A stretch of 61,731 bases of DNA from Burkholderiales bacterium (GTDB lineage: Bacteria > Pseudomonadota > Gammaproteobacteria > Burkholderiales > SG8-41), in contig DATICE010000090.1 of assembly GCA_035456985.1 (NCBI GenBank), forward strand, positions 1 through 61,731, given 5' to 3'. The notes beneath the pieces are model-generated. The model was not told the DNA's origin, did no database searches, and was given only the letters and a program-made list of their open reading frames with translations. Made by a program: the position numbers and the translations under genes. This document shows positions 46,500 through 55,710 of the stretch, in pieces. Numbering within the stretch: the first letter of the stretch is position 1; every line of letters begins with the position of its first letter.

Positions 46500-47495
46500 T
46501 CAGGCGGCGCGTTTCTGCTGCCCGGCGGCGCGCGCCCTGGCGGGCAGGCCGGTTGCTTCCAGATCGGCGCGCATCTGCTCCTTCGCTTCGCGCGCCATCT
46601 CGGCGCAGGGCACGCGCACCGGGCCGCCCGCCATGCCGATCAACTCCATCCAGAACTTCTGCTCGGCGATGGCCATGCGCCCGCCCGTGCCGTAGCCGGG
46701 AATCCACTTTGCGAGCACCGAGCGCAGGGGGTTCAAGCTCCGGCAGATCTCGGTCGCCTTGTTCATGTCGCCTGCCAGAGCCGCCCGGGCGTAGTCGTTG
46801 ACCGGCGTGTAGCCGGGGACCTGGTAGAGATGGGGGCAGTAGTTGAGGAGCCACCGATCGCCGCACACGCTGATGTTGTAGAGAAACGGCGCCTCGTCCG
46901 CGACGCTCACTTCCACGTCCTTGCCGATGGCATCGCGCAGGGCGGTGGTTGGCTGGGGCTTGCTCACTCCCTGCTTGAAGCCGCAGATATTGGGCAGGGC
47001 GGCGAGTCGTTTCGCGAGCTTCGGAGAAATCGGGTAGGTGGCCTCGGTATTGAACAGCACGATGCCGATGTCCACGCGATCGCAGACGAACTTGTAGTAA
47101 TCGTACACGGCGTCGTCGCCGCGGGCGGCGACGTACGGCGTCAGGATGATCACGAAATCGATCCCGGCGGATTGCGCGTGCTGCGCGAGCTTCACCGCCT
47201 CGTACGGATTCTGGTGGTGGCAGCCCGCGATCAGGGGAATGCGGCCCTTCGCGACCTCGACGTTGATCTCGACGACGCGCATGCGCTCCTCGTTCGTCAT
47301 CGCCCAGAATTCGCCGACGTTGCCGATGCAGTAGTGGCCCTCGAGCTTGAGCCTGGAAATGCAGTGCTCGAGATTCGCGGCGTTGCCGGCCTCGTCGATC
47401 CGGTCGTCCGGGGTGAAATTCGTCGGCAGCGCGGTCCACACGCCCTTGAGGACGGACTTCGCGTATTCCTTGGCTTCGTGCTTGCGGTACTTCAT
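46500..47495 (-). CDS. Dihydrodipicolinate synthase/N-acetylneuraminate lyase family (class I aldolase)
   Basis: 331 aa. A TIM-barrel aldolase pattern is visible (GEFWAMTNEER...GCHH...PNICGFKQG). It is the last gene of the TAXI-TRAP operon. Confidence 0.82.
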   Translation of the reverse strand: MKYRKHEAKEYAKSVLKGVWTALPTNFTPDDRIDEAGNAANLEHCISRLKLEGHYCIGNVGEFWAMTNEERMRVVEINVEVAKGRIPLIAGCHHQNPYEAVKLAQHAQSAGIDFVIILTPYVAARGDDAVYDYYKFVCDRVDIGIVLFNTEATYPISPKLAKRLAALPNICGFKQGVSKPQPTTALRDAIGKDVEVSVADEAPFLYNISVCGDRWLLNYCPHLYQVPGYTPVNDYARAALAGDMNKATEICRSLNPLRSVLAKWIPGYGTGGRMAIAEQKFWMELIGMAGGPVRVPCAEMAREAKEQMRADLEATGLPARARAAGQQKRAA

Positions 47496-47568
47496 CGTCG
47501 GCTCCGGTGCGTGGATCGCTTCCGGGGAAGCATAGCAGAACCGGGGCCGGGTCCGGCGCGACGAGCGC

Positions 47569-49521
47569 TCAACCGGCGGCGGCCTCGGTCGCTACCCGCG
47601 CATTGCGGCGTCGCAGGATCCAGTAGCCCACGAACAACGCGACCGGGATGCAGCCGTACACGGCAACCTCCTCGACCGGGTGGAACAGCGCAAACAGAGC
47701 GAAGGCGGCGAGCACGATCCGCAGGCCCACGTCGAGCTCGCGACGGTTGGCGAAGTTCGCCTGGATGGCAAAGCTGCAGCCGACAGTCGAGGTAATCATT
47801 ATCAGCATGGCCTGAAGCTGCTGGATCCCGGGCTCCTTTACCAGCTCCGGCCGGGTGAATACCCCGAACATCAGGACGAAAAGCGAGACGCAAATCGTGA
47901 TGCCGCGGAACAACGTCTGCATGAATGGGGCGTCAGCGATTTTTGCCGTGACCGCCGCTACCACGGAGGTGGGCGGCGTGAGCTCGCCCCAGACGGCGAG
48001 GAAGAAGGCGAAGAAGTGCACGACCCAGGGGTCGACGCCGACCTTGATCATCGGGGGCGCGATCACGAGGGCGGTGATGATGTAGGTCGGCGCCGGCGGG
48101 AGCCCTGTTCCGAGTAGCGCGCCGAAAAAGAAGGCGACGGCGACCATGGCGACGAGATTGACCCCCGCTGTCTGAATCAGGATGGAGCCGATCTTCGTCG
48201 GCACGCCGGTGATGACCAGCGCCCCGGTCATGATCGACAGCGTCGCGAGCAGAAGCGTCAGGTCGGCGGTCATGCTCGCGAAGGAGTCCACGAAGCGCCC
48301 GAGCGGGGCGATCAGCGTGCGCAACGACCAGCCATGCAGTCGCGCGACCACCACCAGGTGCGCGGCGACCAGGGTGCCGCCGATAGCGAGGAAGACGTAG
48401 AGCGCGGCGAACATCGGCGCGAGGTTCCATGCGGCCATTAAACCGATCAGGCCGCCGACGACAGCGACGAACGCCGCAACGTTCATCCAGTCGGTCGAAC
48501 GCATGATCTCGGAGGTGACGGAGGCAAGGCGCGCGCGATAGCGCGTCGACAGCAGGTACACCGAAACCGCGACGCCGACGAAGTAGACCAGCGCCGGTGC
48601 GTAGCCGCGCGCGACCACGTCGAAGTAGCTGCGCCCCAGGAACTCCGCCATCAGGAAGGCGGAGATGCCCATGATGGGCGGCATCAGCTGCCCGCCGAGC
48701 GATGACGCGGTTTCGATCGCGGCAGCGACCACGCGCGGCATGCCGGCCCCGATCATGGCGGGAATGGTGGCCGAGCCAGTGGTGATGGCGTTCGCCGCGC
48801 TGCTGCCGCTCACCGCGGCGACCGCCATCGAACCGAGCACGGCGGACTGCGGCAGAGCGTGCGGCGAGCGCGCGGCGATTTGCGAGGCACCCTTGAGGAT
48901 CGAGTCGACGCAACCGAAGGCGCGCAGAGCGGAAAGGACCAGGATGAACGAGCCGATCAAAGTCAGGGCGAGCTGGGGCAGGTTGGAGTAGATGCCGGTC
49001 GACATCTCGATGCTCATCGCGCTGATGATGCGCTGCCAGGTGAGCCCCGGATGGAAGAACATGCCGGGCACCACCGAGCCGTACACCGCATAGAGGATCA
49101 GGATGATGTTCAGGATGAAAAGCGGCAGGTAGCGCTTGCGCGCGTACTCCATGATCAGCACCGCCATCAGCGCGCCCATGGTGAAATCGGTCGTGCTCCA
49201 GATCCCGGCACGCACCGTGCCGATCTCGAAGTATTCGACGTGCATGTACACGGCGACCGCGAGCGACACGACCGCGTATACGGTCGCTATGAGGTAGTTG
49301 GCGAGCGCCGGGAGCCGCGGGTAGAACTCATCCTTGCGCAGCTCGTCCAGCGTGAACAGGATGAAGGTGACCGGAACCAGAGTGCTCGCGAGCAGTACCG
49401 GCCCGCCCAGGCTGGTCCAGTAATAGACGAAGAGATAGGCGAAGAAGAAGACCGCGGTCAGGTAGTAGAGCCCATCGATCACGATGCGCGATCGGCGGGC
49501 GGTATCGGCGGCGGCGGTCAT
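47569..49521 (-). CDS. TRAP transporter fused permease (TAXI-associated 4TM/12TM fusion type)
   Basis: About 650-aa polytopic protein downstream of a TAXI binding protein. The start is uncertain between 49521 and 49587. Confidence 0.88.
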   Translation of the reverse strand: MTAAADTARRSRIVIDGLYYLTAVFFFAYLFVYYWTSLGGPVLLASTLVPVTFILFTLDELRKDEFYPRLPALANYLIATVYAVVSLAVAVYMHVEYFEIGTVRAGIWSTTDFTMGALMAVLIMEYARKRYLPLFILNIILILYAVYGSVVPGMFFHPGLTWQRIISAMSIEMSTGIYSNLPQLALTLIGSFILVLSALRAFGCVDSILKGASQIAARSPHALPQSAVLGSMAVAAVSGSSAANAITTGSATIPAMIGAGMPRVVAAAIETASSLGGQLMPPIMGISAFLMAEFLGRSYFDVVARGYAPALVYFVGVAVSVYLLSTRYRARLASVTSEIMRSTDWMNVAAFVAVVGGLIGLMAAWNLAPMFAALYVFLAIGGTLVAAHLVVVARLHGWSLRTLIAPLGRFVDSFASMTADLTLLLATLSIMTGALVITGVPTKIGSILIQTAGVNLVAMVAVAFFFGALLGTGLPPAPTYIITALVIAPPMIKVGVDPWVVHFFAFFLAVWGELTPPTSVVAAVTAKIADAPFMQTLFRGITICVSLFVLMFGVFTRPELVKEPGIQQLQAMLIMITSTVGCSFAIQANFANRRELDVGLRIVLAAFALFALFHPVEEVAVYGCIPVALFVGYWILRRRNARVATEAAAG

Positions 49522-49602
49522 CGTTGGAGACGGGTTGATACGAACAGCGGGGGCGGGCGCGCAGGCGCGCCCGCCCCCTGGGCTCAATTTACGTTGCCAG
49601 TC

Positions 49603-50625
49603 CTACTTCTTCGCGATCCGGCCGTCCCACTTCGCGTTCCAGACGCCCTTCTCGCGCATGTACTTCGCAAGTCCCGGATGGATCGGAACGTAATCCACCG
49701 ACGAGGCGACGCCGCGGCGCTGCAGGCCGGGCATGTCCTTCGCAACCTGTGCAAAGCCCGCATCGGCTTTGGCCAGTTCCGCGGCGTTCTTCTCGATCAC
49801 CATCAGCATCGTGTACAAGTCTTGCTCGGGTACCTCGAGGCCGACATGAAAACCGTAATAGAACGGCAAGAGGACCACCTTCTCGGCGTGTACGTCCTTC
49901 TTGAATGCCTCGGGCTTCACCTCCGTGGTGGCGAAGCCGACCTGCTTCAGGGCCTCGATCTCACTGGCGGATGGATTCAGGGCCGCCCAGTCGGCCGCGA
50001 GCGAAGCTTCAGTGATCCAGGGCGCCGGCGCGGATTCGCCCGCGGTATAGATGATGAACGCGTCGAGACCTCCCCCCTGGAGCAGCGACCCGGCGGCGGC
50101 GAGATCGACCTGGCGGTAGTTGTGCTTCACGCCCAGCGCGCCGTAGGCGCGCTCGAGATGGGCGCGCACGTCCCACGGCAGCGCCCCGGTGAACACGGCC
50201 TTGCCGGTGAGGTCTGCCCATCCCTTGTACTTGTCCCTGTTGCGCGAATGGACCGCGGTGCCGACCTCGATGGTGAACGTCCAGAACGACTGCACCGGCT
50301 GGCGCTTCATGCTCGCCTTGAAGCCCTTGAAACGGTTGGTGTCGCGGGCGAGCTCGTAGAACGCAATGTCGGCGCCGTAGTAGCCTTCGAATTGGCCCAT
50401 CGCGTAACCCTTGACGGTCACGATCGCTCCCGGCGTCGGCTGCACCGTGATCCGGTAATTCTTCATCTCTCGGTTCAGCAACTCGGCCAGTACGACAAGC
50501 GCTTTATGCCCGGACGATCCGACCGCCGATGTGCCCCAGGGAATCTCCTTCGCCTGTGACCACGCGGGAGCGCACCAGGCCGTAACCAGGCCCGCGACGA
50601 GGGTGATTAACGCGCGTTTGAACAT
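49603..50625 (-). CDS. TAXI-family TRAP transporter solute-binding protein
   Basis: AAGGAGGG lies upstream of ATG 50625. The signal peptide is MFKRALITLVAGLVTAWCAPAWSQA. The 545-aa track ORF is an over-extension. Confidence 0.88.
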   Translation of the reverse strand: MFKRALITLVAGLVTAWCAPAWSQAKEIPWGTSAVGSSGHKALVVLAELLNREMKNYRITVQPTPGAIVTVKGYAMGQFEGYYGADIAFYELARDTNRFKGFKASMKRQPVQSFWTFTIEVGTAVHSRNRDKYKGWADLTGKAVFTGALPWDVRAHLERAYGALGVKHNYRQVDLAAAGSLLQGGGLDAFIIYTAGESAPAPWITEASLAADWAALNPSASEIEALKQVGFATTEVKPEAFKKDVHAEKVVLLPFYYGFHVGLEVPEQDLYTMLMVIEKNAAELAKADAGFAQVAKDMPGLQRRGVASSVDYVPIHPGLAKYMREKGVWNAKWDGRIAKK

Positions 50626-50720
50626 GATGGATCCCTCCTTTGATGTCAGGGGAAGGTTCTGCTGACCTTCCTTGAGCCCCATTGTATTACACGCGGCCGG
50701 GCAATGCCTGAGGGGTGAAA

Positions 50721-51323
50721 CTAGAAGGAGGAGCCGGGCTCCTTCAGGAATTCCACCTCTTCGGGGGTCGATGCGCGCCCAAGGATCGCGTTGCGGTGGG
50801 GAAACCGGCCGAAGCGCTCGATGATGTCGCGGTGGTGGCCGGCGTAGTCGGCGAAGCTCGTGTACTCCTTGCGCCAGGCGGGCGCAACCTCGGTCGCAAG
50901 TCGCTCGAATGCGCGCGTGCCGAGCCGCTGCAGCCCGACGTCCTCGGCATGCTCGAACGGCAGGTAGAAGAACGCGCGCTGCGCGGGGATCAGCCCCCGG
51001 TCCACGCCCTGCTCGAGGCCGGCGGCGGCGAGACGCTGCGCCGCGGGATCCTGCGCGAAGGCGGCAGGCTTGCCCCGGTGGATATGGCGCGAGAACTGAT
51101 CGAGCAAAACGATGAGCGCGATTCGCCCGCGAGGCGTGGCGGCCCATTCGGCATCCAGCTCGCCGCGGGCGGCGCGCCGGTGCAGCTTGCCGAATTTCTT
51201 CCGGATGACAGCGTCGTGGTTGCGCCCGTCGCTGAACCACATCCGCTGCTTAACGCGGTCGAGCGCGCCGTCGGGCCCGCAGGCGCCGAACCAGAACTCC
51301 AGCACCTGGTCGATCTCGGTCAC
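50721..51323 (-). CDS. DUF924-family protein
   Basis: 200 aa. The pattern WF....D..I...F is present, followed by QFSR...R and FPHRN. The GTG start overlaps the upstream stop (GTGA). Confidence 0.8.
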   Translation of the reverse strand: MTEIDQVLEFWFGACGPDGALDRVKQRMWFSDGRNHDAVIRKKFGKLHRRAARGELDAEWAATPRGRIALIVLLDQFSRHIHRGKPAAFAQDPAAQRLAAAGLEQGVDRGLIPAQRAFFYLPFEHAEDVGLQRLGTRAFERLATEVAPAWRKEYTSFADYAGHHRDIIERFGRFPHRNAILGRASTPEEVEFLKEPGSSF

Positions 51324-51715
51324 GACTTATCCGATGGGTCGGGTTTGCGCTTCAGAAGCTCGCCGAGGTTCTCGAACGGCCGGTGGGTTGCCTGGGTTTC
51401 GTTTCCGCCCCTGGCCGGGTCGCGGCCGGCAGCGTCCAGATAACGCCGGTGCTCGGCTTCGTGGCAGTAGGTGCACAGCAGCTCCCAGTTGCTGCCGTCG
51501 GGGGGATTGTTGTCGTGGTTGCCGTCGCGGTGATGGACTTCGAGCAGCTGCAGGTTGGCGTGCGTGAAAGTCCGTGCGCACCGGCCGCATACCCACGGAT
51601 AGAGCTTGAGCGCCTGTTCGCGGTAGCCCTTCTCACGGGCATCCCGCGCGCGCCGGGCGTCCGCCACAACACGGTCAAGCCGCCCAGCGTCAGGCGATGA
51701 TTTCCTGGTTGGCAC
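51320..51715 (-). CDS. yajD: YajD-like HNH endonuclease-fold protein
   Basis: YREQALKLYPWVCGRCARTF...VHHRDGNHDNNPPDGSNWELLCTYCHEAEH closely follows the E. coli YajD pattern. The start is trimmed to GTG 51715. Confidence 0.8.
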   Translation of the reverse strand: MPTRKSSPDAGRLDRVVADARRARDAREKGYREQALKLYPWVCGRCARTFTHANLQLLEVHHRDGNHDNNPPDGSNWELLCTYCHEAEHRRYLDAAGRDPARGGNETQATHRPFENLGELLKRKPDPSDKS

Positions 51716-51826
51716 GATCCTCTGGGCCTCAGCGGAATAATAATGGACTCGCGGCTGTGCCTTGCCAAGCGGCGTGGTTTGACCTAGCCTTTTTTGCGCT
51801 TTTGACCAAGCCGAAAGGAGCTCTCG

Positions 51827-52519
51827 ATGCGCAGCGCAATGCAATGGACATTGTTGGGTACGGCCGGATTGTTGACCTTGACGGGCTGCGCGACCGGCGA
51901 GTCGCAACAGGGAGGTTCCGGAGGCCCGATGTCATTCTTCATCACCAGCGTGGGGCCGGGAAAAGGTGGCGACCTCGGCGGGCTCGAGGGCGCGGACCGG
52001 CACTGCCAGTCCCTGGCCACGGCGGCGGGTGCCGGTAACCGCACCTGGCGCGCCTACCTCAGCACGCAGGGCAAGGCCCTGAACGATCCCAATGTCGTGC
52101 ATGCGCGTGACCGCATTGGCACCGGCCCCTGGTACAACGCCAAGGGCGTGCGAATCGCGAGAAACGTCGAGGATCTGCACTCAGCGAGCAACAACGTGAA
52201 CAAGCAAACTGCTCTGGATGAGAGGGGCCGGATGATCAACGGCCGCACCGAAAAGCCGAACAAGCACGACATCCTCACCGGCTCGCGGCCCGATGGAACG
52301 GCCTTTGCGGGAGCGTTCTTTCCGGACCTGACGTGCGGCAACTGGACGAAGAGCGGTACCGAAGGTTCGGCGATGACGGGCCACCACGATCGCGCCGGTC
52401 CGATCGACCACGCGTGGGCGGTGTCCTGGAACTCGGCGCACCCGACGCTCGGCTGTACCCATCCGCAGATCGTCAAGACGGGCGGCGACGGCCTGTTCTA
52501 CTGCTTCGCAGCTAAATAG
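51827..52519 (+). CDS. Lipoprotein with an endostatin-like / C-type-lectin-fold-like domain (DUF1554-like?)
   Basis: The lipobox-like N-terminus is LLTLTGCATG. GGLEGADRHCQSLATAAGAGNRTWRAYLST, CGNWTKSGTEG and GLFYCF parallel GIRGADFQC...[13 protein letters not shown] and IVLCIE of collagen XVIII endostatin (from memory). Confidence 0.7.
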   Translation: MRSAMQWTLLGTAGLLTLTGCATGESQQGGSGGPMSFFITSVGPGKGGDLGGLEGADRHCQSLATAAGAGNRTWRAYLSTQGKALNDPNVVHARDRIGTGPWYNAKGVRIARNVEDLHSASNNVNKQTALDERGRMINGRTEKPNKHDILTGSRPDGTAFAGAFFPDLTCGNWTKSGTEGSAMTGHHDRAGPIDHAWAVSWNSAHPTLGCTHPQIVKTGGDGLFYCFAAK

Positions 52520-52529
52520 ACCGGTTCGG

Positions 52530-52976
52530 CTACTCGCGCGCCACGCGCACGTCGGTCGTCACCGAGTTCGCGATGAAGCACTCGCGGTGCGCTTTGTCGT
52601 GGAGCCACTCGAGGTCCGCGGGATCCGGCTGCTTTCCGCCCCCGTATACGATCTTTGGATGCAGATCGACGCGCGTGATCGCGAGCTTCCCCGCGGCGTT
52701 CTTCTCGAGGTGGCCCACCGCGGCGTCCTCGTAGCTCTCGACGACGAAGCCCTTGTTCGCGGCGAGCGCGAGGAAGGTCAGCATATGGCAGCTCGAAAGC
52801 GCGGCGACCAGCATCGCTTCGGGGTCGACACGGTTGGGATTTCCGAGGTAGGCGGTCGTCGCGGAAGCCGGGACCTCGTTCCCGTTCACGACCCAGAGGT
52901 GATCGCGGCTGTAGGTCTTGTAGGTGAAGTCCTTGCCGCCGCGGGACCACTTAACGGTCGCCTTGTGCTCTGACAT
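52530..52976 (-). CDS. OsmC/Ohr-family peroxiredoxin-like protein
   Basis: 148 aa with two conserved Cys contexts, LSSCHMLTF and AHRECFIANS. Confidence 0.88.
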   Translation of the reverse strand: MSEHKATVKWSRGGKDFTYKTYSRDHLWVVNGNEVPASATTAYLGNPNRVDPEAMLVAALSSCHMLTFLALAANKGFVVESYEDAAVGHLEKNAAGKLAITRVDLHPKIVYGGGKQPDPADLEWLHDKAHRECFIANSVTTDVRVARE

Positions 52977-52979
52977 ATA

Positions 52980-54566
52980 TCAAAACCCCACGGCCTGGCC
53001 GTCGGTGCGGCGCTCGGACGCCGCCAGATAGCCGTCTTCCATGCGATAGATCAATTGTGCGCGGCCGAAGTCGGTGCTCCAGCGGTCGGCCTGTACAACC
53101 TTGTGGCCGCGGGACTTAAGTTCGTCGATGACGGCGGCGGGCACGCCTTGCTCGATATTGACGACGTCGAGGCCGTCACTCACGCGCCAGCGCGGCGCAT
53201 CCGAAGCCGCCTGCGGATTCTGCCGGTAGTCTGCGAACCGCACCATCACCTGGGTGTGTCCCTGCGCCTGCATCGAACCGCCCATCACGCCGAAGCTCAT
53301 AACCGGCTTGCCGTTCTGGGTGATGAACGCCGGAATGATGGTGTGGAACGGGCGCTTGCGGGGCGCGACGACGTTGGCGTGTCCCGGCCGCAGCACGAAG
53401 CCGTAGCCGCGGTTCTGGAGGCTCACGCCGTCCACTACGATGCCGGATCCGAAGCCCTGGTAGTTCGACTGGATGAAGGACACCATCATGCCGGAATCGT
53501 CGGCGGCCGTGAGGTAGACGGTGCCGGCGCGGCCGGGCACGCCGTGCTGCGGGGTCTTCGCCTTCTTCATGTCGATCAAGCGCGAGCGGCTCCTCAGGTA
53601 CTCCTTGTCGAGCAGCCCGGAATTCTTCACGCGCATGGTGGCGGGATCCGACACGTACTCGTAGGCGTCGGCGAACGCGAGCTTCATCGCCTCGATCTGG
53701 AGGTGGAGACTCTCGGCGGAATCCACAGGGATCGCGCCCAGATCGAAGCCCTCGAGTATGCCCAGCGCCATCTGCGCCGCGATTCCCTGCGTATTAGGCG
53801 GGATCTCATGCAGCGTCCAGCCGCGATAGTCGTGGGCGAGGGGCTCGACCCAGTCCGCGGCGTGCGCGGCGAGGTCCTCGACCGTCATCGCGCCGCCGTG
53901 CTTGCGGGCGTGGTCCGCCATGCTCTGTGCGAGATCTCCCTTGTAAAAAGCCTCGCCCCGGGTTTCCGCAATGCGACGAAGCGTTCTGGCGTGGGCGGGC
54001 GCGACGAATTTCTCGCCTGCTTCCGGCGCGCGTCCGCGCGGCATGAAATGTTCGGCGAAGCCCGGGACGTCCTTGAGCAGTGGAGCCTGTTTTACCCACA
54101 ACCGGGAGATCGTTGGCGAGACCATGTAGCCGTCCGCGGCGTAACGGATCGCGGGCTCGAAGAGGTCGGCGAACGGCAGCTTGCCGAAGCGCTGCGAAAG
54201 CGCGACCCACGCGGAGACCGCGCCGGGAACGGTGACCGCGTCCCAGCCGCGGGTCGGCATTGCCGAATGTCCCTTGAAGCGCTCGGGATTCCACGCCGCG
54301 GGCGAGCGGCCCGATGCGTTCAGGCCGTGGAGCTTCCTGCCGTCCCAAAGAATACAGAACGCATCGGAACCGATGCCGTTGCTGGTCGGCTCCACCACCG
54401 TCAGAGTGATCGCGGCGGCGAGCGCGGCGTCCACCGCGTTGCCGCCCTTCTGCATCATGCTGAGTCCCGCCTGCGCCGCCAGCGGCTGCGACGTCGCCAC
54501 GACGTTCTTCGCCAGCACCGGCATGCGCTGGGACGGGTAGGGGAACTCCCAGTCAAACGGTTTCAT
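52980..54566 (-). CDS. ggt: Gamma-glutamyltransferase family protein without a signal peptide
   Basis: Trimmed to MKPFDWEFPY... (528 aa). The autoprocessing Thr context is GRAGTVYLTAADDSG, and the GGS motif MGGSMQAQG is present. The 901-aa track ORF is an over-extension. Confidence 0.9.
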   Translation of the reverse strand: MKPFDWEFPYPSQRMPVLAKNVVATSQPLAAQAGLSMMQKGGNAVDAALAAAITLTVVEPTSNGIGSDAFCILWDGRKLHGLNASGRSPAAWNPERFKGHSAMPTRGWDAVTVPGAVSAWVALSQRFGKLPFADLFEPAIRYAADGYMVSPTISRLWVKQAPLLKDVPGFAEHFMPRGRAPEAGEKFVAPAHARTLRRIAETRGEAFYKGDLAQSMADHARKHGGAMTVEDLAAHAADWVEPLAHDYRGWTLHEIPPNTQGIAAQMALGILEGFDLGAIPVDSAESLHLQIEAMKLAFADAYEYVSDPATMRVKNSGLLDKEYLRSRSRLIDMKKAKTPQHGVPGRAGTVYLTAADDSGMMVSFIQSNYQGFGSGIVVDGVSLQNRGYGFVLRPGHANVVAPRKRPFHTIIPAFITQNGKPVMSFGVMGGSMQAQGHTQVMVRFADYRQNPQAASDAPRWRVSDGLDVVNIEQGVPAAVIDELKSRGHKVVQADRWSTDFGRAQLIYRMEDGYLAASERRTDGQAVGF

Positions 54567-54574
54567 TTGCGTTG

Positions 54575-55555
54575 TCACTGTGGCTCGATGCCGGCTTCCT
54601 TGACTACCTTGCGCCACTTGGCGATCTCGGATCGGATGGCCGCCGCGTGCTCCTCGGGCGTGCTGCCGATGGGCTCGGCGCCGCGCTCGACGAGGAACCT
54701 GCTGTTCTGCGAATCCTTGATCGCGCTCACCAGAGCGCCGTTGAGCTTTTCCACGATGGGGCGCGGCATATTGGCCGGCCCAACGAAACCGAACAGGCTC
54801 TGCACGATGTAGCCGGGCAGGCCCGATTCCTCCATGGTCGGGACATCCTTGGCTGAAGCCGCCCGTCTCGCGCCGGTCTGGGCAATGAGCCGCAGCTTCC
54901 CGGCCTGCACGTGGCCGACGAGCAGCGGCATGCTCGCGAACTGCATCTGCACGTAGCCCGACATGAGATCGATGACGGCCGGCCCGGCGCCCTTGTACGG
55001 CACGTGCACCAGCTTGATCCTGGCGGCGGAGTTCAGCATTTCTCCGGCCAGGTGCCCGATCGTGCCGGGCCCGGAGGTGGAATAGAAGATCTCGCCCGGC
55101 CGCTTCCTGGCGAGCCCGATCAGCTCCTTGACGTTGTTCGCGGGCAGCGTCGGATGCACCACCAGCCCGGAGGGGACGTCCACGATGAGGCCGAGTCCCG
55201 TGAAGTCCTTCTGGGTGTCGTAGGGGATCTTCTTCATCAGCGAAGGATTGATCATGAAGCTCGCGGCGACGAGCCCCGTGGTGTAGCCGTCTGGCAGGCT
55301 CCGCGCGATGATCTCGCCCCCGATCGTCGCGCCGGCGCCGGGGCGGTAATCCATGACGAACGCCTGGCCGATCGCCTCGCTCATCTTCGGCTGCAGGAGC
55401 CGGAAGAAAATATCGCTGTTGCCCCCGGGGGAGGCCGGGTTGACCACCCGGATCGGCTTGGCCGGGAACGTCTGGGAAAACACGGCGCCGTAATGCAGCG
55501 CGGAGCAGGCCGCCACCACGCCACAAAAAAGTCGCACTGGTGAGAACATCGACAC
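54575..55555 (-). CDS. Bug/TctC-family substrate-binding protein (orphan)
   Basis: A signal peptide is followed by the FPAKPIRVVNPASPGG hallmark. 326 aa. Confidence 0.92.
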   Translation of the reverse strand: MSMFSPVRLFCGVVAACSALHYGAVFSQTFPAKPIRVVNPASPGGNSDIFFRLLQPKMSEAIGQAFVMDYRPGAGATIGGEIIARSLPDGYTTGLVAASFMINPSLMKKIPYDTQKDFTGLGLIVDVPSGLVVHPTLPANNVKELIGLARKRPGEIFYSTSGPGTIGHLAGEMLNSAARIKLVHVPYKGAGPAVIDLMSGYVQMQFASMPLLVGHVQAGKLRLIAQTGARRAASAKDVPTMEESGLPGYIVQSLFGFVGPANMPRPIVEKLNGALVSAIKDSQNSRFLVERGAEPIGSTPEEHAAAIRSEIAKWRKVVKEAGIEPQ

Positions 55556-55710
55556 CTCCTCGTGATCTTGCAGTCGGCTCCTGCGAGCGTTCCCATCGAG
55601 CGACGCGCAAGCGCCGGAGCCATTTAAGTCGCCGGATTATAGCAGCCGGATTCCCACGGCCCGCGCTACAATCCGCCATCGGCATTGCGCGACGGAATCG
55701 GGACTACCAC

